Assembly: GCA_028826165.1 (NCBI GenBank)
Contig: JAPDFW010000092.1
Span: 744,001-808,000, forward strand
DNA from: Anaeramoeba ignava BMAN
Lineage: Eukaryota > Protista > Anaeramoebae
Direction: 5' to 3'
Length of the DNA stretch: 64,000 bases
In this document: piece after piece, positions 44,880-56,500 of the stretch
How the letters are laid out: every line of letters starts with the position of its first letter
Numbering within the stretch: the first letter of the stretch is position 1
Program-made: the position numbers and the translations under genes
The notes under the pieces: generated by a model
The model's database searches: none
The model's input: only the letters and a program-made list of their open reading frames with translations
Told to the model about the DNA's origin: nothing

Positions 44880-45452
44880 ATGAATCGATTCAAAATTGTA
44901 GTAGTAGGACCAGGAGCAGTTGGTAAATCAGCATTAACAATACAATATGTAAACGGAGAATTTGTAAGTGAATATGATCCAACATTAGAAGACAGCTATA
45001 GAAAACAAGCAGAAGTTGACAATCAAGTTTGCCTTTTAGACATTCTTGACACCGCCGGACAAGAAGACCTAGTCTCTATGAAAGACCAGAATTTACGCAG
45101 CGGACAGGGGTTTCTAATTGTATTTTCTGTAACGTCAAAGCACTCATTTTCTCAAGTTGCCGGAATTCGGGATGAAATTTTAAGAGCTAAAGATTCTGAA
45201 GACGTCCCAATCATTCTTATCGCAAATAAAGTCGACCTTGTTAATGACCGTGTTGTTACTGAAACTGAAATACGCGCACTTGCTGATGATTTAGCTGTCC
45301 CTTTTCTGGAAACTTCTGCTAAAACTAAAGTTAATGTTGATGAAGCTTTTGCGGAAATTGTCAGAATTTTGCGCAAAAAAGGAAAGATTTCTAATCCAAC
45401 TGTTCCTTCAAATTCTTCTAAAAAAAAGAAATGGCGTTGTTTTGTTATGTAA
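44880..45452 (+). CDS. Ras-subfamily small GTPase, intronless
   Basis: GPGAVGKS, YDPTLEDSY, DTAGQE, NKVD, ETSAK, polybasic tail and CAAX (CFVM). Confidence 0.96.
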   Translation: MNRFKIVVVGPGAVGKSALTIQYVNGEFVSEYDPTLEDSYRKQAEVDNQVCLLDILDTAGQEDLVSMKDQNLRSGQGFLIVFSVTSKHSFSQVAGIRDEILRAKDSEDVPIILIANKVDLVNDRVVTETEIRALADDLAVPFLETSAKTKVNVDEAFAEIVRILRKKGKISNPTVPSNSSKKKKWRCFVM

Positions 45453-45870
45453 GCCTTTCTTTCCTTGTTTCCTTTTAAGAGTAATTTTGTCTTGTTCTTT
45501 CACACTTTTTTTCATTTCAAATTTCCAAAAAGAATTTTTTTTTAATTCATTTTTTTTTTCCTCTTTTTTTTTTCTCTTTTTTTTTTTCAATCTATTTGTT
45601 TTCTTTTTCTTTTTTTTCTTTTTTTTTTTAAATGTTAATCGAAACAATTTTCCATTTTTGAATCAATTTAGAGCTTGTTTAGCTCAGAATAAATTCAATT
45701 CTTTATTTTTTATTTATGAAATCTTTTAATCTTTTTTTAAAAAAAAAAACTTTATTCCACTTTTTTTATTTTAATTTAATTTATAAAAAAAAAAAGTTAA
45801 TCAAAGTCAAATAAAATTTTTTTCATTTTTTTCATTTCATTTTTTTCATTTTTTTCATTTTTTATTTATT

Positions 45871-48800
45871 ATGCAACTCTTTGAAAAAACTTTTGGATGT
45901 AAAATTAACGAAAACTTTGGGAATATTATAATTAAAGCAAAATCATTAAACCCAAGATCACCTCTATTAGTTTATATTTTAAATTATAAAGTAAATACAT
46001 ATAATTCAATTATGATTTTAATTTCAATTTTAATTTCAATATCAGTTTCAATTTCAATTTCAATTTCAATATCAATTTTAATTTTAATTTTAATTTTAAT
46101 ATTATGAATGAATTTTAATTTTAATTTTAATTTCAATTTTAATATTAATTTCAAATTCAATTTCAATATGAATTTTAATTTCAATATCAAATTCAATATC
46201 AGTTTTAATTTCAATTTTAATTTCAATTTTAATTTCAATTTTAATATTTAATTTTTAATTTTGATTTTAATTTTAATTTTAATTTTAATTTTAATTTTAA
46301 TTTTAATATCAAATTCAATATCAATTTTAATTTTAATTTCAATTTTAATATTTAATTTTTAATTTTAATTTTAATTTTAATTTTAATTTTAATTTCAATT
46401 TTAATTTTAATTTTAATTTTAATTTTATAAATAATTTCAATTTTAATTTTAATATCAATATCAATATCAGTTTTAATTTCAATTTTTAATTTTAATTTCA
46501 ATATCAATATCAATATGAATTTTAATTTTAATTTCAATTTCTATATCATAAATGAATTTTAATTTTAATATCAATTTCAATTTCAATATCAATTTTAATT
46601 TCAATTTTTAATTTTAATTTCAATATCAATTTTAATTTTAATTTTAATTTCAATATTCATTTCAATTTTAATTTTAATTTTATAAATGAATTTTAATTTC
46701 AAATTCAATATCAATTTTAATTTTAATTTTAATTTTAATATCAATTTTAATTTTAATATCAATTTTAATTTTAATATCAATTTTAATTTTAATTTCAAAT
46801 TCAATATTCATTTTAATTTCAATTTTAATTTCAATTTCAATTTTAATTTCAATTTCAATATTAATTTCAATTTCAATTTCAATTTTAATTTCAATTTTAA
46901 TTTCAATTTCAATATCAATATCAGTTTTAATTTTAATTTTTAATTTTAATTTTAATATCAATATGAATTTTAATTTTAATTTTTAATTTTAATTTCAATT
47001 TTAATTTTAATTTCAATTTCAATTCCAATATTATAAATGAATTTTAATTTTAATTTTAAAATGAAAAAGTTTGAACCAAATGCTAATTGGAGCATAGAAA
47101 CTACTTCAGAATTAGAATGTGAAGTTACAATAAAAGAACATGGTTTTGATATTGGAATACCTTATAAAATATCTTTTGCTCGAGAAAAAGAATTAACAAA
47201 TTTTGAATCATTAATCAAAAAAGCAATATATGGAGAATTTAAAAATTCAAGAACAAAACAAACACCAAAAAAAAATATTAAAATATCAACACAAAAAACA
47301 GATAATTCTTCCCAAACAAAAATGGAAAATTATGTTGAAATTTCTCCAAAAAAAAATCATTCTAATAAAAAAATGGAAACCTTTTTAAAGAAGAATCATC
47401 TTGATCAGCAAAAAAAAAAGATTCAAACAAACATCCTTCAAGATTTAAAATCTCCAAAATCCTTAAAAACTCCAAAATCTATAAAATCTCCAAAATCTCC
47501 AAAAACTTTAAAAACTTTAAAAATTAAAACAACAAATAAAGCTAATCCAACTCAATTCCAATCAAGTGAAAAATTGCCAACGAAGAAATCAAAAAAAAGA
47601 GCTACAACCCAAATACAACTTCCTATAATTCAAAAAAATGATACAAAAAGATCAAAAAGAAGCAAAGAAGACAATTATAAAAAGCCTTTTGGATTATATT
47701 CACCAAAAAAAGAGAAATTAATACAAACAAAATTAGATTTTATACCACAAAACAAACCAGAAAAGTTAACACAACAAAAATATCAAGAAAGTAAATTTCC
47801 AGAAAAAACAACACTACAACTGAAAGGGTTACGAAATTTTGGTAACTCATGCTTTTTAAATTCAACTTTTCAAGCTTTATTGAGAACTCCCACTTTTACA
47901 AAATCTCTTTTCCAAACAAAATATGTAAGAATGATTTTAAATTTTGATTTTAAATTTTGATTTTAAATTTTGATTTTAAATTTTAATTTGTTGTAGATAC
48001 AGCAATCTGTTCTAAAATCATCTCCACTTGTAGATTCTCTTTATCAATTATTCCAAAAATTTCAAACTGAACAAAGTAAGTCACTTTGGATGTCTCATTT
48101 CCAAAATATTTTGAAACGATCAGCAAATTTAAAAGAATTTAGCACATATCGTCAACAAGATGCTCTTTTATTTATCGGAACACTTTTTTCAGAACTACAA
48201 CAAGAATTATACAAGTTTTTTGGTGAAGAAAAAACCGTAGATTCAGATCTAAATTCAAAAGATGAAATTGAATCAATACAAAAAACAATTTCTTATTCGC
48301 ATTTCCAAAAGAACTGTCCGGTGACTCAAAATTTTGGATTTCTTTTCCAAATGCAATATGAGTGTTGTAAATGCACCAAAAAAGTTTCCAAACTTGAATT
48401 TTCTACAAGTTTGAATCTTCAATTTCCAGAAGGTTCTTTAGATGATACTTTAGATTTTTTGGATACTGAAGGATTGAAATTAGAAAAATTTTTAAGTGAT
48501 TATTTCCAATCAGAAACAAAAATTGAAAAAAAATGTGAATTTTGTGGGCATGAATATTCAAATAAGAAAGTAGTTTTAGCGCAATTACCAAGAGTGATGA
48601 TTATTCAATTTAAAAGATTTGCATTTACAAAAGATTATAAATCTAAGAGAATCAATAAAAGAATCTGTATTCCTACAGAAGTTATTGATTTTTCCAAATA
48701 TTGCCATCAATCATGTCTTAATTTTGTTCCTTGTGAAATTAATCAACAAGAGGATGAAAATATTGAAATTGATGATAGTAAATCAAGGAAACAGAATAGA

Positions 48801-49624
48801 AAAAATTTGTTAGAAAATTCAGAAAATTTTATTGAAATGGGTGATTCTTTTGAGGGTGATAAAAGTGCAATGATTATTGAAAAATACAATAATTCAAAAA
48901 TTTAAATAATTCAAATAATTCAAACAATTTAAATAATTTAAATAATTCAAATAATTTAAATAATTCAAATAATTTAAATAATTCAAATAATTCAAATAAT
49001 AATTCAAACAATTCAAACAATTCAAATAATTCAAATAGTAATTCAAATAATTTAAATAATAATACAAATAATTTAAATAATTTAAATAATACAAAAAATT
49101 TAAATAATTTAAATAATTCAAATAATTTAAATAATTTAAACAATTCAAACAATTCAAATAATTTAAATAATTCAAATAATTCAAATAGTTTAAATAATTT
49201 AAATAATAATTCAAATAATTTAAACAATTTAAATAATAATACAAATAATAATTTAAATAATTCAAATAATTCAAATAATAATACAAATAACAATTCAAAT
49301 AATAATAATGAAAATAATAAGCAATTGTTTAAAAAGCCAGAACCATTTCGTCTTGATCTCTCAAATTTTATAATCAATAGACAAAATTTACCTCTTTATT
49401 CAAAATACAATCTTTTTGCTATTATTAACCATGATTCGACTCATGTTGAAAATGGTCATTATATTGCTGATGTTCTTGATTTTAAAAGCAATTCTTGGTT
49501 TCGTTTTAATGATTCTTTAGTTCTGAAAACACCCGAAAAAATATTTAAAAAACCATCAAAAAAAGCATATATTTTATTTTATATAAATACTCAAATTGAA
49601 AAAGATTTGAAAGATTTAAAATAA
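45871..49624 (+). CDS. Ubiquitin-specific protease, USP37/26/29-like (introns 45991-47069 and 47925-47996; frameshift in N-rich repeat ~48900-49320)
   Basis: Cys box GLRNFGNSCFLNSTFQAL; RQQDA; His box HDSTHVENGHYIADV; WFRFNDS; AYILFY. Confidence 0.85.
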
Positions 49625-51900
49625 AGTTCAAATTCAAATTCAAATTAAAATTCAAATTCAAATTCAAGTTCAAATTCAAATTCAATTTCAAATTAAAAAT
49701 TCAAATTAAAAATTCAAATTAAAATTAAAATTCAAATTTAAATTAAAATTCAAATTAAAATTCAAATTTAAATTAAAATTCAAATTAAAATTCAAATTAA
49801 AATTAAAATTAAAATTCAAATTAAAATTCAATTTCAAATTCAAATTCAAATTAAATTTCAAATTCAAATCAAAATTCAAATTCAAATTCAATTTCAAATT
49901 CAAATTCAAATTCAAATTCAAATTCAATTTCAAATTCAATTTCAAATTAAAATTCAATTTTAAATTCAAATTCAAATTCAAATTTAAATTCAAATTCAAA
50001 TTAAAAATTCAAATTAAAATTCAAATTCAAATTCAAATTCAAATTCAAATTCAAATTCAAATTCAAATTCAAATTCAAAATCAAATCAAAATTCAAATTC
50101 AAATTCAAGTTCAAATTCAAATTCAAATTCAAATTAAAATTCAATTTTAAATTCAAATTTCAAATTCAAAATTCAAAATTCAAATTCAAATTCAAAATTC
50201 AAATTAAAATTCAATTTTAAATTCAAATTCAAATTAAATTTCAAATTCAAATTAAAATTAAAATTTAAATTCAAATTCAAATTTAAATTCAAATTCAATT
50301 TCAATTTCAAATTCAAATTAAAAATTCAAATTCAATTTAAAAATTCAAATTCAAATTCAAATTCAAATTAAAAATTAAAATTCAAATTCAAATTAAAATT
50401 AAAATTCAAATTCAAATTCAAATTCAAATTAAAATTCAAATTTAAATTAAAATTCAAATTCAAATTCAAATTCAAATTCAAATTTAAAATTCAAATTCAA
50501 ATTCAAATTCAAATTCAAATTCAAATTCAAATTTAAATTAAAATTCAAATTAAAATTCAAATTAAAATTCAAGTTCAATTTCAAAAATCAAGTTCAATTT
50601 CAATTTCAAATTCAAATTCAAATTAAAATTCAAATTAAAATTCAAATTCAAATTCAAATTAAAATTCAAATTCAAATTCAAATTCAATTTAAAATTCAAA
50701 TTCAATTTCAAATTCAAATTCAAATTCAAATTCAAAATTCAAATTCAAAATTCAAATTCAAATTAAAATTAAAATTCAAATTCAAATTCAAATTCAAATT
50801 CAAAATTCAAATTCAAATTCAAAATTCAATTTCAAAATTCAAATTCAAATTCAATTTCAAATTCAAATTCAAATTAAAATTCAAATTCAAATTCAAATTT
50901 AAATTAAAATTCAATTTCAAATTTAAATTCAAATTCAAATCAAAATTCAAATTCAAATTCAAATTCAAATTCAAATTCAAATTCAAATTCAAATTCAAAT
51001 TAAAAATTAAAATTCAAATTCAAATTCAAATTCAAATTAAAATTCAAATTCAAATTCAAATTAAAATCAAAATTCAAATTAAAATTCAAATTCAAATTCA
51101 AATCAAAATTCAAATTCAAATTCAAATTCAAATTCAAATTCAAATTCAAATTCAAATTAAAATTAAAATTAAAATTAAAATTCAAATTAAAATTCAAATC
51201 AAAAATTCAAATTCAAATTCAAATTAAAAATTCAAATTAAAATTCAAATTCAAATCAAATTCAAATTCAATTTCAAATTCAAATTAAAAATTCAAATTAA
51301 AATTAAAATTCAAATTCAAATTAAAAATTCAAATTAAAATTCAAATTAAAATTCAAATCAAAATTCAAATCAAAATTCAAATTCAAATTCAAATTAAAAA
51401 TTCAAATTCAAATTCAAATTCAAATTCAAATTCAAATTTAAATTCAAATTAAAATTCAATTTCAATTTTAAATTCAAGTTCAAATTCAAATTCAAATTAA
51501 AATTCAAATTAAAATTCAAATTAAAATTAAAATTAAATTAAAATTAAAATTAAAATTCAAATTTAAAATGAAAATTCAAAAATCAAATTCAAATTCAAAT
51601 TCAAATTCAAATTAAAAATTCAAATTCAAATTCAAATTCAAATTCAAATTCAAATTCAATTTGAAATTCAAGTTCAAATTAAAATTAAAATTAAAATTCA
51701 ATTTAAAATTCAAATTCAAATTAAAATTAAAATGAAAAATCAAATTCAAATTCAAATTAAAATTAAAATTAAAATTAAATTTCAAAATTAAAAATTCAAA
51801 TTTAAATTCAAATTCAAATTCAAATTCAAATTCAAATTCAATTTCAATTTTAAATTCAAATTCAATTCAAATTCAAATTCAAAATTAAAATTAAAAATTG
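49625..51900. repeat. ~2.3 kb degenerate (TTCAAA)n hexamer satellite, intergenic
   Basis: Continuous TTCAAA/TTAAAA array between two convergent genes. Confidence 0.92.
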
Positions 51901-52073
51901 GAAAATGTTTGTTTTTGTTTTTTCCTTTTCTTTATTGTTTTTTTTTTTTGTTTTTTGGAATTAAAGAATTAAAAAAAAAGAAGAAAAAAAATTTGGAACA
52001 TAAAAAAAAAAGAGGAAAAAAATTAATAAAAAAAAAATAATAGAGGAAACATTAAAAAAAAGCAAAAAAAATT

Positions 52074-53113
52074 TCATTTAATTTCACGAATAAAAATCAA
52101 CTTATTTTTAACTTCTTTTGATTGAGCAAAACCTCTACTTTGAAAAAATTGAACCAAACCTCTTTTAAGATTTTGTTTAGTTTTAAAATTTCTTTGATCA
52201 TCAAGATAATAAGTAAAAATACGAGAAGAAACTTCAACTCTAAATGATTGTTTTTCTTGAGTTTTTTGGTCAATATTATTAGCAGCTTCACATTCATCAG
52301 GCCAGCCATTAACAAGAGTAGAATCCAAAAGTTTAAAAGCATCAAGTCTATATTGCCATCTAGGAGCTGGTTTTTGAAAAAGAAACTTATGCAAAAGTTC
52401 AGTTGTAATTGGTCTATTCTTTAAAATTCTATTCAATGATTTTGCCGGTTTGTTTCTTATCTTTCCAATTTTGGATCTTTTTTTTGTTCTTCTTCTTCTT
52501 CTTCCTGTGAATTTGATTCCATTTCTTCTTGTGAATACATTTCTTTTCTTTTTTTGCTTTTCTGTTTTGTTTTTTCTGAAAAACTGTCTTTTAAATTTTT
52601 TGCTTTTTCTGTTGTTTCTGTTTCTGTTTCTTTTTCAGTTTCTGGTTTATTTATTTGATTTGGAAAGCAAAATGGAAATGGATAAGGATATTGATATTGA
52701 TAATAAGGGTTTTGTTGCTGTTGTTGAGACTCTTGAAGTAAACAAAGCGATCGTAAACAAATTGCTTCCTAGTTTTTTAAATTAAAATTTTAAATAAAAT
52801 TTTTTTTTTTAATAAAGATCAAATATAAAAAAAAGTTTAAAAATAAGTATAAAAATAAGTATAAAAATAAGTATAAAAATAAGTATAAAAATGGATTAAA
52901 AATGGATTGAAAATTGATTGAAAATGGATTTAAAATTGATTTAAAATGGATTTAAAATTTATTTCTTCTTTTAAAATAAAAATAATTTACTTCAAGATCT
53001 CCATTGGTTAAAATTAAATAATAAAGGCATTCATTTGGATAACAACATTGAGTTTTAATCATAAATTCTTGAACTTTTAAGTCTAAATTAAATTCAGAAT
53101 ATATACGATTCAT
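52074..53113 (-). CDS. Hypothetical protein with N-terminal UBA-like domain and unrecognised C-terminal domain (intron 52769-52990; one frameshift in an A-run near 52480)
   Basis: KVQEFMIKTQCCYPNECLYYLILTNGDLE|EAI resembles the UBA-like consensus; C-terminal ORF 52074-52436. Confidence 0.6.
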
Positions 53114-53510
53114 TTTAAAATAATAAGAAGAAAAAAAAAATGAAGACAATTTAAATTTTAAAAAAAAAATAAATTTTTTGTTTTTGTTTTTTTTAAAAAA
53201 GAAAAAGAAAAAAAGAAAAAGAAGAAAAAAAGAAGAAAAAGATCTAAAAGAAAAAAAAAGCAAAAAATTTTTTTAATTAAATAAAAATAAAAAGGAAAAA
53301 AAAAAATTTTTTTAAAATAAAATTTAATTGAAATTTAAATTTAATAAATAAATAAAGAGAGAAAATAATAAATTAAAAAAGAAAATTAAATCAAAATAAA
53401 AAAGACAAAATTCCATCGTGTAAAAAAAATTAAATAAAAAAAATAAAGGGTTTTTTTAATTAATAAAAAAAAAACAACAAAGAAAAAAAAAAATAAGTTG
53501 AAATCTTTAT

Positions 53511-56500
53511 TTAAATTTTAACTTTTTTTGAATCAATCAATATTTGCAAACAAGGATCAATCATTCCATTTATATTTAATTGATAATAATCTGAAGCGTC
53601 TTTTAATTCTTCAATAACACTTTCAGAACAATCCTTAATAGTATCAGTATATAAAAATTGAAATAAAGCTTTAATTGAATCAATTGACCTTCCACTTTGA
53701 TCAGTAACTTTATTAGAAGGATCAGAAACATATAAAAACATTCCTCTATATAAATCAGAGCGAGCAAGTAAAATCACTTTGTGGATTTTCAGAGAAACAT
53801 TTTCAACAATAACTTCAAAATCTTTACTTGCTTCATCAAAATATAATTTAGTCAAATCTTTTATTAATCCTTTTTTCCCTAATTTCCGTTGAAAATTTTG
53901 GAGTTGAATTCTTTCACTAATTGATGTTATTATTTCTTTCTCTGTTTCTTTTAATTCTCCTGTGTATAAAAACTCAATAAATTTTACAACTTGTGGTTTT
54001 TCAAATGTTTCAAAAAATGTTGTGAATTTTTTCATTTGACTTTTTCCAATTCTACATTTGATAATAATTTCATGAGCAAAAACACTTCCATTTAATGTTT
54101 TTATTTCTAAATCACAAAATTCTTGTCTGAGGAATAATTGTCGAAAATCTTCAACAATTGATTGATGAGCTTGAAATATTTTTTGGGTGATTAAATTATT
54201 TTCTGCATAATCAAGTGGTATTTTTCCTTTCTAAAAATATTTATCAAAATAATATTTATAAAAATAATATTTATATAAAAATATTTATAAAAATAATAAT
54301 TATATAAATAATAATAAAAAAAATATTTATCAAAATAATATTTATCAAAATAATATTTATAAAAATAATATTTATAAAAATAATATTAATAATATTTATC
54401 TAAATAATATTTATCAAAATAATATTTATCTAAAAATAATATTTATTAAAATAATATTTATTAAAATAATATTTATTAAAATAATATTTATTAAAATAAT
54501 ATTTATTAAAATAATATTTATAAAAATAATATTTATAAAAATAATATTTATAAAAATAATATTTATCTAAAAATAATATTAATAAAAATTTACATTCTGG
54601 AAAATGAAAAAATTTGGATTTGAATAATCAAAAAAAAAAAATTATTATTTATTTTCTATATAAATAATTTACATCCTTAATATTCATATCAGCTCCACAA
54701 TCTAATAAAACTAACACAGTTTCATATCTAGCATGTAAACAAGCAAGATGCAAAGGTGTTAATCCCTTTGATTATTATTTATATTTAAATAATATTTTAA
54801 GAAAATCAAATAATTCCAAATTCATAAATAATTTTGTTTTACTTGCTATTGTTTAATTTCCATCAAAAATTTTTTGTAAATTTATGAAATAAATTCAAAA
54901 CTTTCATTTCTTTTCCTTTAATTTTTTTACTTGCTAAATTTTTGTTTTTTTTTTTAAAAAAAAATTGTTTCTTTCTTTTGAAATAAAATAAAATTAACTT
55001 AACATACATTTGGAAAATTCACTTCTGATTGTGAATCAATTAATAAACGAATCGATTGAGTTGAAATATTATTAAAAACGGCAATATGTAATGGTGTATT
55101 AAACTAAAAAGAATTTAATTCATTCAAAAATAAATTTGAAATTTCTTTCTCTTTTTGTTTTAGTTTCCTTTTACATTCTAAAATATATATTTTTTGTTTT
55201 TTTGCATTATAATTTAAATGAAAATTAATATCAGAAAGATATTTAATGTAATTAAATACATCCTAAACAAAAAAATCAATTAAAATTGTTTTTGTTTTTG
55301 TTTTTGTTTTTAAATTAATTACATTCCAAGAATTAACTACTGCTCCAAATTTTATTAATAAACGAATTGTCTCATTGTTTGATTTATGTATACAAGCTAA
55401 ATGTAATGGTGTATCAGACTTTTTAATTTTGATTATTAATATATTAACAAAAATTCCAGAAAAAATATTTCATATTTAATTACCCACTAATTTATTTATT
55501 TGTTTATTTATTTATAAATCACAAAAATAAAAATTTGTAGAAATAAAATCTCAACATCCTAAATAATAATATATTTAAATATTTTTTAAAAAAAAAATTT
55601 ATTTTTGGATAAATATTTACATTTGTAATTTTTGGTGTGGCTCCATATTTAAGTAATAATTCAATTATTTCCTTTGGTAATTGATGATGACATGCGTTAT
55701 GTAATGCTGTTTCATTCTATTTCAATTTAAAACATTATATCAAAATGAAATTTTTTTTAAAGAAAAAAGTGGATATAACAAACTCTCTAAAAAAATAAGA
55801 ACGAAAATGAGATAAATTTTAATAGAAAAATATTTCTTAAATTTATTCAATTTTACAGCCTAAAAAATAATATTTAGTTCTTTTTCTTTTTGGAATTTAA
55901 AATATAAATGATGAAAAATACATCTTGTGAATTTATTCTACATCCAGAACTAATTAACAATTCAATAACATTTAATTGTGGATTATTTAAAATTGATAGA
56001 TGAAGACAAGTTTGATTCTATTAATTTTAAAAAAAAAAATCAAAATGAAAAAGTAAAAGTAAAAATCAATCAAAATATCGAATTTGAAAATTTACATACT
56101 ATTTAAATATTTAAATATTTAAATCAATTTTTAAATAATTTGGATTTTAAAATAATTTTATTTTACAATCTAAATAGCTTTTGGAGATGAATAAAAAGTA
56201 TTTAAAAAAAAAATGAAAAAGAAGAAAAATAATAATAAAAATACATTTGTTTCATTTACATCAGAACCTAAATCAATTAATAATTTAATTACATCATAAT
56301 TATTATTAGTTTTACAAGCCAAGAGTAAAGGAGTGCATTTCTTATTTTAAATAAAATTTTTCAATTAAAAATTCTTTTGATTTCCAAAAAAAAAAAATAT
56401 TTTTTACTTCCTTTGAAAAATTTATAGAAAAGTTTTAAACCAATTTTTATTTGAAAATTGAATAAAAATTTTACATTCTAAATTAATATTTTTTTTAAAA

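Noticed and set aside
49625-51900. Telomeric or centromeric repeat
   Set aside because: The array is internal, highly degenerate, and in the same hexamer class as the intronic arrays, with no G-rich telomere unit.
54594-56477. AG-NNN-GT cassettes as chance matches or zero-length recursive splice sites
   Set aside because: There are two per gap in six consecutive gaps, evenly spaced, always with a 3-nt spacer and never a stop, and they are needed to restore the ankyrin consensus. Recursive sites would be AG|GT with no spacer.
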